This document shows, piece after piece, positions 1 to 10,300 of a stretch of 64,000 nt of DNA. How positions within the stretch are numbered: the first letter of the stretch is position 1; each line of letters starts with the position of its first letter. The stretch is from a virus. The stretch lies in the IMG/VR virus record IMGVR_UViG_3300029131_000002; one strand, 5' to 3'. The position numbers and the translations under genes are program-made. The notes under the pieces are model-generated. The model was not told the origin of the DNA, made no database searches, and worked only from the letters and a program-made list of their open reading frames with translations.

Positions 1-338
1 ACACACTCTTTTTCTGAAAGTCATTGAACTGGATTCTGTTTGCCATACGATCACGCTTTCTGCTCCATAGATTTAAGAGCCTTAAAGGCCTGTTTTGCTT
101 TCCAGGCATAATCGCTCAAAATCAACAGTTTCATTGTCATAAATTGCTTGTTATATGTAAAGGAAAGTCTTTTCTCTTTGTCCATCTCTTCTGTGCTGTT
201 AAATCCATACTGTTCCATGAAATCATCCACAAGAAACTTGATTTTATCAATAGTGTCCTCTACTTCGAACATTGTGTCTTCTCTATCCATATTTTCTGTC
301 ATTTTATTTTCCTCCTGTGTATCCCTGTAAAAATCTAA

Positions 339-1100
339 TTAAAAGAATCTCTGCTGTGCATTTTCTGTATCAATCTCATTCTTCAAGAAAACTGGCGGTT
401 TGTATTCTCCAATAATCTTGACTGCCTGTTCTACCTGGCTTCTCTTAATTGCCTTGTAGCTTTTGACCTGGAACTGGTAGCGCAGGTTGGAATGAATGTT
501 ACTGTAAACCTTCTGGCGAATGGAACGGCTATTGTAAGCATTGGATTCCTTGCCACCAAGTACCAGTGTTCCTTTTCTCTTTACGGCTTCCGTGATTTTC
601 TCCGCTTCAATCGGGAGAATCGGTAAATCCATTTTCAAAGTCTCAAACTCTGTCTGAATATCGTCAATCCGCTTATTCAGTTCTACGTTTCCCTGTGCTA
701 GAAGCTGAATCTGTTCGGGAATAGTCATTGGTACTGGGTGGCGAACCGTTTCTTTTAATTTGTCCTCTACTTTGAGAAAATATTGTCTGGCTTGTTCACC
801 TTTGGCGCTCTTTGACTGCATAGAAAGTTTCTTTGCAAAGCTGGCAGAGAGTTTATAATCTTCTCTTTGAATAACGCCACCTGTCGGTGTCTCCTCCTCA
901 AGGAAGAGTCGCAAATAATCCTCATTTTCGGTTGCGAAATCATTTTCTGCAATGTTTCTCTTACACCATCTAGCAAAATTTTGTGGCGCTAACTCAAGAA
1001 AAGCATATAACTTTCTGGCAGTAGTCATACCCTCTTCATCAATCCCAAGTGCGATTTCGATAGGTGTCTGGTTAGATGTGTTAATTGTGATTTCGTTCAT
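339..1100 (-). CDS. phage antirepressor (ORF6N-like N-terminus, KilAC-like C-terminus)
   Basis: 253-aa ORF; N-terminus MNEITINTS..IEIALGIDEEG..LYAFLEL resembles the ORF6N/Ant family; coiled central region. Confidence 0.55.
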   Translation of the reverse strand: MNEITINTSNQTPIEIALGIDEEGMTTARKLYAFLELAPQNFARWCKRNIAENDFATENEDYLRLFLEEETPTGGVIQREDYKLSASFAKKLSMQSKSAKGEQARQYFLKVEDKLKETVRHPVPMTIPEQIQLLAQGNVELNKRIDDIQTEFETLKMDLPILPIEAEKITEAVKRKGTLVLGGKESNAYNSRSIRQKVYSNIHSNLRYQFQVKSYKAIKRSQVEQAVKIIGEYKPPVFLKNEIDTENAQQRFF

Positions 1101-1224
1101 ATAGAAAATCCTCCTGTTGTTAAAAAATCTATTTGCAAACAGGGGATATACAGTGTTATAATTTGCATATCCCCTGTAGGGGGTGTTGTATAAGGGACTG
1201 TTTCTTTCCTAGGGAGCCAGTTCC

Positions 1225-1407
1225 TTATTTTTCGCCTATTTCATCTTCTATTAGACCGATTCCTTTCATAATGGTGTCCGTTCTTGAAATTCCAAGTTCT
1301 TCTGCACATTTGTCTATGCGTCCTTTTTCTTCTTTTGTAAGACGAATATTGAGCTTTTCCTTTCTTGATTCACCATTTACAGGTGGTCTACCTGTTCTTG
1401 GGGACAT
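1225..1407 (-). CDS. small ribbon-helix-helix-like DNA-binding protein
   Basis: Start MSPRTGRP preceded by AAGGAGG ribosome-binding site (RBS) 8 nt upstream; KLNIRLTKEEKGRIDKCAEELGISRTD is a beta-alpha-alpha (RHH) pattern. Confidence 0.4.
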   Translation of the reverse strand: MSPRTGRPPVNGESRKEKLNIRLTKEEKGRIDKCAEELGISRTDTIMKGIGLIEDEIGEK

Positions 1408-2117
1408 TTTGTTCACCTCCTTATTTTGTCCTTGCATAATTCATTATAATTTATGGGCGTACAAAAGTCAAGAGCATTTTCTATTATTTTAGAAAACGTA
1501 TCAATCAAGGTTCTCGTCATTATGACGAACACCTTTTTTCTAAAATTTTAGTGAAACTAGCTTCCACAAAATAATGGAGCCGAAATTTCGGCGGCTTGGG
1601 GTTCGACATGAACGTCAAGCCCCTGCTCCCCATTTTTGAGGTTCGCCACAATGGCAAACGTTAAAATTTACGGTTTGCTATAATCCTGGCGTTTCGTGAA
1701 AATCACGATTTGAGCCTCGGACAATTTGACTGAAGTGCTAACCGTCATCAAATTGATGATAGTTCAAAATATCAATCATAGAAATAGGGTGCATCAAATT
1801 AGAAGCACCCCTATTAAAAATAAAAGGTGTCGAAATTTCTACGCCTTTTCGCCATGTATGGCTAAAACCCATATAAGCTGCTCAAATTTGTGCACCTTGT
1901 ATGAATAAACAGTTTGCCATAGTAACGAAAGGTCAATTTGTCCGTTCGCTTCTCATGGCGAAAAACAGCTCCATAAATTTGTGGAACAGCTATTAACCGT
2001 CTTGAAATTCACGACAGTTTTTTTTACTGACGAATCGTTATTTTTTTAAATTTCCTATTCCCTTATCCATTTTGGAGTGGTAAAATATGTACATCATACT
2101 AAAGAGGGGGATTTTAC

Positions 2118-2834
2118 ATGAAAAGAAAATTTTTTATGATTTTGGCTTTATCGTCTATTTTTTCAAGTGTTATTCCTGTATCAGCTCAAACAGATAAAGA
2201 AATTCTTTTTAGGGATATTCCATGGGGAACAAATTTTAATGATACATGTACTTTTATACCAGAAGCAGACTTATATGGCTCAACAATGGAAGGGTTAAGC
2301 GCCGAAACTGTTGAAAATGTATTAAATGGTGTAGAATATGGTGATGATAACGATTATGATGGAGCGATTTGCTTTTGCGCATCTCCGTTTGTTTCTCCCA
2401 ACATTGACGTTGCTGGATATCCAATATATTCCATGAATCTTTATTATACTTATTCAGTAGAAAACGAAATTTCCTTTGACGAAGAAAATACGGTTTTGTA
2501 CGGAGCACAATATGAATTTGAAAAACCGCAAGATTTAGATTTAATGTATTCTGATCTTTCGATCAAGCTGTCAGAAATTTATGGAGAGCCAAGTGATACA
2601 TCCAATTATACCTCTCCTTTCGGAACTAAAGAACAATATACTTCTTGGTATGGAGCAAATGATACTTCCGTAGCACTTAAATCCTACGATTACGGTGATG
2701 AAACCAGCGTATATATATCATATGCTTGGCTTAAAGGCGATGAACTGTTGGAAGAAGCTGACAATGTACTTTCTGATAATAAAAAGGATGAAGAATCCCA
2801 AATTTATGGAAATGGCTCTACGAATGGATTATGA
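2118..2834 (+). CDS. secreted hypothetical protein (signal peptide)
   Basis: N-terminus MKRKFFMILALSSIFSSVIPVSAQ is a typical Sec signal; acidic Y/D-rich mature part. Confidence 0.5.
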   Translation: MKRKFFMILALSSIFSSVIPVSAQTDKEILFRDIPWGTNFNDTCTFIPEADLYGSTMEGLSAETVENVLNGVEYGDDNDYDGAICFCASPFVSPNIDVAGYPIYSMNLYYTYSVENEISFDEENTVLYGAQYEFEKPQDLDLMYSDLSIKLSEIYGEPSDTSNYTSPFGTKEQYTSWYGANDTSVALKSYDYGDETSVYISYAWLKGDELLEEADNVLSDNKKDEESQIYGNGSTNGL

Positions 2835-2837
2835 AAG

Positions 2838-2870
2838 AAAAAAGGCTAGGGAGAAATCCCTAGCCCTAAT
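2838..2870. terminator. bidirectional rho-independent terminator between convergent genes
   Basis: ggctagggagaaatccctagcc hairpin with A-run before and T-rich tail after. Confidence 0.5.
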
Positions 2871-2874
2871 CTTA

Positions 2875-4383
2875 TCAGTTAATGTATTCAACATCTATAC
2901 TTGGCAATGTAACTTGTTTCCCAAGAAGTGTTGTAGAATTTAATGTTCCGCTACAAGTTCCGTATACGGTTACCCAATCTCCTTCTAGGTAATGTGTTTC
3001 GCCATCCTCATAGCTATATGAACAATCCCATTTATTACCGTTTCCGTCAACAATATACAACGTATATCCACCGAATATTCCTTCTAATGACTGATCTATT
3101 GTTCCAGAGACAATACAATGTTTTTTATCGTAACTGTCAGGGTTTCTCAATATATCATTATAGTCCAATGTTTGGCAAAGTGCCTTGTATTCGTCCTCTG
3201 AAACTTCTTTTGAATTAGCAACTTCTTCTGTCACTACAAAATACTGTGATAAACTATCATCTGAAGCATTCTTTTTGTAGTTTTTAGCTTCATCTCCTTT
3301 GGCGAATACCATACAATTCTCTAAATTTATGGAATCTCCCATAAATCCCCATGAATCTACATTTGATACTGTTCCAAGAATAGCAACCACATCATCATCT
3401 TTAAGACCGCTTTCATATTTTGCATACAATTTACTATCAGATACATTAAAATTACTCATCATATATTTATCACCAATAGTAACTTGCACCTTATTGTCTT
3501 TAATCTCACTTATTGTTGATACAGTATAAATTTTAGCTCCGCTCATATTGACTGCATATTTATATAAATCGCTGTCAGTGATATAAGAATATTCACCAGA
3601 ATTAAATGTTTGTAATTCATCATCAAAAGTAATTGGAGCCACATTCTGTTTTTTCTCTTCTACTGTAGGAGTTGCTTTTCTTTCGTAACTACTGGATTTT
3701 TCCGTCTGTGTTTTGGATGTATCTGCTGTTTTCTCTGTTTTAGATGAATACCAGCCAATTAGAATAAACACAAGGCAGATAAAACCAAAATAGTTTGCGC
3801 ATCCCCCTTTTTTCTTTTTCTTGGTAGCTGTCGGCTGTGGCGTGTACTGTGGTTCTGGTGCAGAATATGTTTTAGGTTTTTCGATATTCTCAATAGTTGT
3901 TCTGGTCTTGTTTGCTTCGCCCCTGTCGCAATTATCCATTACACTCTTGTCTAGCATATACCATTCAACAACATACTGTTTCTTGAAATACCGCTCCGCA
4001 ATCTCTGTTGTAAATTCCTTTGTCTGTTCATATGCGGAAGAACCTGTTGATAAGCAAATTTTGAAAGGATTTGCATATTTCGGAATTGAAAAAGCAACTT
4101 TCAACTGTACTCTCCCTAAATCATCTGGTTCTTCCTTATCATAATTCAATACAAAATCCATAGGATTCGCTTCAAGTAACAAATTTCCTTTGTAGTAAAC
4201 CTCGATATTCGCTTTTGAAGCCTTGATTCTCATGGAATCTAACATCTCAATGTCGTATTCCTTTTGCTTCTGTGGCGATTCCTGTGTTACATTTCTCTGT
4301 GTTATCGGGAATCCACAGTTCGGGCAACTTGCCGCTTTATCACTTATTTCCTTGCCGCATTCTGGACATTTAATCAGTGCCAT
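2875..4383 (-). CDS. zinc-ribbon membrane protein with large extracytoplasmic domain
   Basis: Start MALIKCPECG..CPNCG (AAGGAGGGGG RBS upstream); poly-K stretch then transmembrane (TM) segment GFICLVFILIGWY; about 300-aa distal domain. Confidence 0.5.
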   Translation of the reverse strand: MALIKCPECGKEISDKAASCPNCGFPITQRNVTQESPQKQKEYDIEMLDSMRIKASKANIEVYYKGNLLLEANPMDFVLNYDKEEPDDLGRVQLKVAFSIPKYANPFKICLSTGSSAYEQTKEFTTEIAERYFKKQYVVEWYMLDKSVMDNCDRGEANKTRTTIENIEKPKTYSAPEPQYTPQPTATKKKKKGGCANYFGFICLVFILIGWYSSKTEKTADTSKTQTEKSSSYERKATPTVEEKKQNVAPITFDDELQTFNSGEYSYITDSDLYKYAVNMSGAKIYTVSTISEIKDNKVQVTIGDKYMMSNFNVSDSKLYAKYESGLKDDDVVAILGTVSNVDSWGFMGDSINLENCMVFAKGDEAKNYKKNASDDSLSQYFVVTEEVANSKEVSEDEYKALCQTLDYNDILRNPDSYDKKHCIVSGTIDQSLEGIFGGYTLYIVDGNGNKWDCSYSYEDGETHYLEGDWVTVYGTCSGTLNSTTLLGKQVTLPSIDVEYIN

Positions 4384-4445
4384 AAATATCCCCCTCCTTA
4401 GTATGATACCCATATTGTACCACCTTGGGACGCATTCTGGAAGTC

Positions 4446-4670
4446 CTATTTCGCTTTTCTATCAATTTCCACAGTTACGGCAAACAAAAGAGCTTCGGCA
4501 AATTTCGAGCCAACCGAATCGGAGTATTTATCATGAATCTGGTTTGCTTCCATGGTGAGATTTTCCCACTGTGGAATATCATCCTTTGAGATAAAGGCAT
4601 ACTTCTTGTGGAGATTCCATATATCTTGCCAGATGGAAAAGTAAGTCTGTTTAAAGTCCATCAATACCAC
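4446..4670 (-). CDS. hypothetical protein
   Basis: 74-aa ORF that follows the next gene with a 10-nt overlap. Confidence 0.3.
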   Translation of the reverse strand: MVLMDFKQTYFSIWQDIWNLHKKYAFISKDDIPQWENLTMEANQIHDKYSDSVGSKFAEALLFAVTVEIDRKAK

Positions 4671-4993
4671 TTCTCCTTTAGCTGATTAATTGGTGTTCCG
4701 GCAACTCCGGCACTTTCTCCGCTGTCTGTTGCCTTGAAGTATGCTCCCGGAATCTGAGGGTACATAAACTCAAACATGAGATAATTTGCTGCATCGCAAA
4801 GATATTCTGTGTTTCCTGTCTCACGATACTTTTTGATGCACATATCGTGGGATTCCAAGGCGTTTACCAGCTTCTCCCCGAAGTTATCCTTTGCTGTTCC
4901 GTATTTGTAAAAGCTTACCTCAACCCTATTCTGTCGTAATTTATCAAAACGGTCTGAATATTCTGTTGGAAGTTCTGTTCCTATTTGGCTCAT
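4661..4993 (-). CDS. hypothetical protein
   Basis: 110-aa ORF, minus-strand operon context. Confidence 0.3.
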   Translation of the reverse strand: MSQIGTELPTEYSDRFDKLRQNRVEVSFYKYGTAKDNFGEKLVNALESHDMCIKKYRETGNTEYLCDAANYLMFEFMYPQIPGAYFKATDSGESAGVAGTPINQLKEKWY

Positions 4994-5100
4994 ATGTTTT
5001 AATTCTCCACAATTATTTGGCTTTTTTGGCGAAAAATCAATTTTATTTGATTTCGCCTATATTTTATCTGGTAAAAGGTTTTAAAACAAATTTGGCTATT

Positions 5101-5733
5101 TTATTGCAGTAATTCTTTATCAATAATCTGGAAATTTGCCCTGTGGATATAAAGAGCTTTTCCGTCAATCATTAGCTTTGTCATTTTAGGCAGATCGTCC
5201 GGGATTTTCCAGAACACCTCGTCACCAGAATATGCGGCTATTGGCTGTCCAAGTTGGGATTTGATTACTACAACCCTAGATTTCCCGAAATAATTTTTAT
5301 AACAATTCAAAATCCCGGCTATGTATGTGTTCTCTGAAATCTTTCCGGTTGAATGGCTGTTAATATCTTCCTGAGTAAAATCAACTTCTGGATTCAATCC
5401 TTTTTGTTCAAAAATACAAGTATCGCCACAACTTTCAATTTCTTTGCCATCAATCAGAATTGTAATGACGGAAGATACATCGTAGCTGGTTGTTTCATTT
5501 CCCTCACTATCGTAGCCCTTGGATTTGGTTTTATTCCCGGCAATGTTGATCTTGTCCCCACTGGTAGTCATAACCTTTTGACCGTAGTTGTCGTAGGTAT
5601 AGATTGTGTAGCTGTTACCAGAAAGATTTCCTTTCACGTCATTCATGTAATCGTCATTCGCTGCACAGCCTGTTAGCCCTGTGATAACGCAAATACAGAT
5701 AATGGTTGCCAATAATGCTTTGATTCTTTTCAT
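5101..5733 (-). CDS. lipoprotein
   Basis: MKRIKALLATIICICVITGLTGC lipobox signal peptide; 4-nt overlap with upstream gene. Confidence 0.55.
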   Translation of the reverse strand: MKRIKALLATIICICVITGLTGCAANDDYMNDVKGNLSGNSYTIYTYDNYGQKVMTTSGDKINIAGNKTKSKGYDSEGNETTSYDVSSVITILIDGKEIESCGDTCIFEQKGLNPEVDFTQEDINSHSTGKISENTYIAGILNCYKNYFGKSRVVVIKSQLGQPIAAYSGDEVFWKIPDDLPKMTKLMIDGKALYIHRANFQIIDKELLQ

Positions 5734-6623
5734 AGTGTGTCCTCCTTGTCTTCAACTTTCATTAACAAATTTTTCCGTATGTAGCCAGACATGAAATGCG
5801 AATAATGGTGATCCGTGTACTCACTAAATGAAGTGCCAAAGTATTCATCAATCACTTTCATGTATGTTTCAATCTCAACATTCTGGAAATAATCTGGATT
5901 TGGCCCGAATCCAAACTTGTCCAGGATATTATCCAAAGCGTCTTGATTGATTTTTATGTGCGGTTTTCTGGTTCGTTCTTCATACCTCTTGAAGAAATAC
6001 TTCGATACTACCAGGAAGCGGTTGGTTGTATATGGGCTTGTCGTATATCCCAATTCTTCAAGCCGTACTGAAACCTGGTTCTTGAATGCAGACCAATTAA
6101 AAGATTTACGGTCTATTGGAGTATATTGGATATTCTCCTCGGTCAACATATTTTTGATATGTTGAGAATTGAACCACTCGTTAGAGTGGTATGCATTTTT
6201 CTTTTCTTCTTTTAACTCCGTAGGAGAATCTATATTACTGTTTATTTCATCTCTACTATATTCCTCACTATTATTACTTTCTTTCATTTCTGGTAAGTCT
6301 GGCTCGCTTTTTTTGAAATCCTGGCTTTCAGAATTTGAAAGTCTGCTTTTCAAATACCGTTTTCTGCCATCATTTTTGGAAACATAGAGATAGCCAAGCT
6401 TTATTAATTTGGAAATTGATGTAGAAACTTTAGTCATACTGCATTTGCAAAAATTAGCTAAATATTCGTTGCTAGCATAACAACCTTCACTATCTTCTGC
6501 GTCTAAACTGTCAATTTCTATTAAGATAATTTTTTCGATTGCATTCAATCTTTCATCAAGGAATACTCGTTTTGGAATCCAAACGCCTTTGAAATCTCTT
6601 GGATAATTAAATTCTTTATTCAT
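5730..6623 (-). CDS. helix-turn-helix replication-initiator-like protein
   Basis: Start MNKEFNY with AAGGAGG RBS; N-terminal winged-helix-like segment (LNAIEKIILIEIDSL..CYASNEYLANFCKCSMTKVSTSISKLIKLGYL) as in phage/plasmid initiators; acidic linker. Confidence 0.4.
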   Translation of the reverse strand: MNKEFNYPRDFKGVWIPKRVFLDERLNAIEKIILIEIDSLDAEDSEGCYASNEYLANFCKCSMTKVSTSISKLIKLGYLYVSKNDGRKRYLKSRLSNSESQDFKKSEPDLPEMKESNNSEEYSRDEINSNIDSPTELKEEKKNAYHSNEWFNSQHIKNMLTEENIQYTPIDRKSFNWSAFKNQVSVRLEELGYTTSPYTTNRFLVVSKYFFKRYEERTRKPHIKINQDALDNILDKFGFGPNPDYFQNVEIETYMKVIDEYFGTSFSEYTDHHYSHFMSGYIRKNLLMKVEDKEDTL

Positions 6624-6756
6624 GATAATAACCTCCTTGTTGGTTGTAGGCACTCTCCGTATTGTGCCAGAATCCTTGATTTATAAAAACAGTGGACAGG
6701 CGTATCAAGGTTTACGCTTTTCGGGAGCTACCCTAGCCCACTGATTTTACCAATTA

Positions 6757-7179
6757 TTAAATACCATATACTTCTTTATTGTATTTTGCCATATCCATGT
6801 CGGATTTTATTCTTACCCATTTATCAATCTCTTCCATTGTTTCACAAAGATTTTTCATCATATTTATTCCAAACATAGGGATGTGTCCACATTCTGAAAC
6901 GATTTTGAAATCTAAGACCACAGTCCCTTTCTTCTGTTCTTTTTTAGAATCAAATCCATTTAGTAAAAAATGATATCTGTTATGCAGTTTTCCTGGAAGC
7001 AACAGCAAGTTATTTATGTCATTATTGCTTCTATCAAAGTCTATATGGTGAATTGCATAACTGCTGTCAAACTCAATTCCATAGTATTCTTTGTAATATT
7101 TACGATAATTAAAACTCTTTGCCATAGATTGATACCTGCCTTTCGTATAAAAGAGTGCCTTGAACTGTATGTAAATCAA
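6757..7179 (-). CDS. HNH endonuclease
   Basis: HHIDFDRSNNDINNLLLLPGKLHNRYH HNH motif; real start may be the internal MAKSFNYRKYY. Confidence 0.55.
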   Translation of the reverse strand: MIYIQFKALFYTKGRYQSMAKSFNYRKYYKEYYGIEFDSSYAIHHIDFDRSNNDINNLLLLPGKLHNRYHFLLNGFDSKKEQKKGTVVLDFKIVSECGHIPMFGINMMKNLCETMEEIDKWVRIKSDMDMAKYNKEVYGI

Positions 7180-7261
7180 CAGGCAGGCGGCAAGGCATTT
7201 CCGCTTTTCGATGATCGGTCTAGCCTGTTGGTTTTACCAAGATTAACGGTTAAAATTAAAA

Positions 7262-7330
7262 AGAGCCGCCAAGTAAGATAAAAAATTCCTCACGATTGAG
7301 AAATGTTAATTTCTTCTTAGCGGCTCAAAA
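7262..7330 (-). terminator. putative intrinsic terminator downstream of tape-measure gene
   Basis: gagccgc..gcggctc inverted repeat with long loop followed by a T-run on the minus strand. Confidence 0.3.
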
Positions 7331-7387
7331 ATCAAGACCGTGTGTACTTCTTCATTAAAGAAATCATACCACACAATCAGTCAAAAA

Positions 7388-10300
7388 TCAATATGCCGGG
7401 GACGGTTTGAAACGGCTATCTGTATCATTTTGGGCTTTTGTTACTGCTTTTGCAATCTCGCTTCCGTCCAGAATAATGCTGTTCATAATGTACTGCGGAT
7501 TCTTGTTTCCGCTGTTCATACTCATTGCCATTGCAACTCCCTGGGCTACTGCTTTTGCCATTTCTTCTTTTGTAAGTCCCATGCTTCCGTCCGAACTGGA
7601 AACAATGCTGTCTGCAATCTTCTTCATGGTTCGTGGATTTTCCAGCGGAAGGACGGCTTCAGAACCGGCTTCACCGATACCGATTACCTGTGCGCCGTTG
7701 AAAAGACCACCTTTGGCGTACCAATTAGGCTTATAAACTGGTGTAGAACTGGTTTTTCCGTTTCCGAGGTTATGCTTTCTCCATTCAGAGATTCGATATG
7801 TTAATGTTGGTAGATGAACTTGTTTCATACCATTGGCGAAAGATTGTGCAGTTTCCCTACCCATTGATGTTAAATCATTTTTGAACAGACTTGTGATATA
7901 ATCTGAAATACCAGATAAGTTAGATTCTGTATAAGTCTTCATGTTTTCGGTTTCTGTATCAACCTTGCCAGAAGCCTTTTCCCAAATCTGGTTTGTATTG
8001 ATCAAAACGGAAGACCAATAACTTTGAATGGTTGTCATAACCTTACCCATTACATTTCTTGTATCAGTGTCCATGGTTCCGAGGGCTGTCGATACAGCAC
8101 TTGCAGAATTTCCCCAATTTGTTTTAGAATTGGTTTCAACATCATCATTCGTGTTCTTTATCTTCGACCAAATGGAAGGCATTGTGCTTTCTGTGCTTTT
8201 TTTCATTCCAGCCATTGCCGTGCTTACAGCTGCACTGGCTATTCCAAAACCAGTCTTAGATTTTGAAGAAATGGATTTCGTAGCTGTTTCCACTGATTTG
8301 CTCATTGTTGATGAAGCTTTTGGAACATCTTCTGAAAAAGCTTTAATAACTTTTCCTGTGTCAATTCCCATCTCTGCCATTTTATCCATCAAGGCTTGGA
8401 ATGCAGCTCTAGCTGTTGCACCAGATGATTCTTGTTGCTGAAGGACAGTACTTAATTCATCAAACTGCGTTGGAGTGATTACCGCTTGATTTGAAAGTCT
8501 TTCTAATGCAGATTTCGCATTATCAAATTCTGTCCCCATCGTACCGATATATTCATTAATATTACTTACATGAGAATTTGTGGCGGTATCGGATTCCTCC
8601 ATTGCCTGTTTTAATGCTTGCTTAAATGTATCGGAAGAAATTCCAAGATTTTCAAGTGATGTTTCTACGGTTTGGAGCTGTCCATCAAAATCAAATGCAT
8701 TGTCTTTCACATTTTTTAAATCACCGCCGAGTCCGATAAGTTTATCGCCAGAGATTCCAGTTTGTTCTTCGATGATTTTCAATGCTTTTCTAACAACTTC
8801 AAAATCGTTGAATGCGTCAGCTGTGGAGTCTTTAAAGTCCATAGCTTTTTTTACCTGTCCAAGGCCTTCCACGACAAATGCAGTCGCGCCTAAATTAGTT
8901 GCGTATCCCCAAAATCCTTGGAATTGTCCACCAGCTGTTTGTGCGACATCACCGAGATTTTTTATCTTTTCTGCAAGTGTAGTAAACCCGCCATTTCCAG
9001 CCGTTTCCGCTGCTCCACCAATATCACCGATGATAGTGGGAAGAGAAGATGCGGTATCAAGTGGGAAATTTAAAAGTTTTGAAGCTAATGAACCGATTCC
9101 GCTAGCAAAGGAAAAGATTTCGGTGGCAATATCTTTGGCTATTTTGATCGCAAACAATGTTCCGAATGCAGCACCAACTTGTTTTATAAATTCTGGATCA
9201 ATTCCACTTAATTTTTCAGCCAGCCAATTAATTGCATTTGCAATACCGTTAATTAAATCCGCTCCGATATTAATTATTCCTTCAAGCCCGGTAATCAACG
9301 CATCTGCAAATCCCTCTGCAAATGGTTGGAATGCAGACCATAAATTTCCAATAGCAGTTCCAACAGCATTCCAATCAACCTTATCAATAAAATTCTGTAT
9401 TGAGGTTTTTACACGGTCAATACTGCTCCAAATCCACTCCCAGTCAACATCAATAACTCCGAAATTATCAAGCGCAAGTACGATTCCACCGATGCCAAGT
9501 GCCATTGACGCATAAGGATGTTTTGCCAGTAAAGAAAGTCCTTTTCCTAATGGGCTGTCTTTTCCAATGATTCCACCAATAAAGGTTAATCCTTTGAATC
9601 CTAGAATCGCCAAAGAAATTTGGCCGAGACTCTTTCCTATAGCTTGTGCTGTTTCGGGACTTATATTTTTTATTGCTTCTGCGATAGAATTTAGACCTCC
9701 AGGAACAGTTGAATTGATGAAATTCTCTCCGACTTTTAATAAATCTTTATAGAAATCAACAATGCCCTGTCCTACATTCTTTGCAAATGGAGCCAATGCA
9801 TCCCAGAAATTTTTCAGTGATTTATTAAGTTCTTCCCAATGAATGTTGTTTCCGAAACTGGTCAACGCATCAACTAATTGTGGAATTGCGCCGTTCATCG
9901 TCCAAGTTCCGACTGGAACGAGAAAATGCTCGTAAAAATCCATAAGTCCCGTCCAAACAAATTGTGTTGGCTTTTGGAGCATAGTAAACAATCCTTCTAA
10001 AGAAGTTTGGAGCTTTAACCAGTTGATTTTTGTCAGCAAATCATTTGTAATGTTAAAGAATCTTGGAAATCCTGAGTTGTTTGATAATGACCATTTACCG
10101 ATTGGCTGGAGGTAATTCTTCCACAAATTTTTCAAAGCATTAATCGAAAAATTTCCTAGTCTGCTTAGACCTTCATTATAAAGCTTCTTTATTGCGGCAG
10201 TGGTTGGCTTTGCATTCTTTCTGATTTGTTTAAATGCCTTGATAATCTTATCAGATACAGTTTGCGCTTTATTCTCAACATTTGCAAATGCTTGATCCCA

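Noticed and set aside
8580-9515. 311-aa plus-strand ORF (and several others at 7340-13016) inside the tape-measure gene
   Set aside because: Antisense shadow ORFs of a long, compositionally biased minus-strand gene; no RBS; proteins are low-complexity S/P/A-rich.
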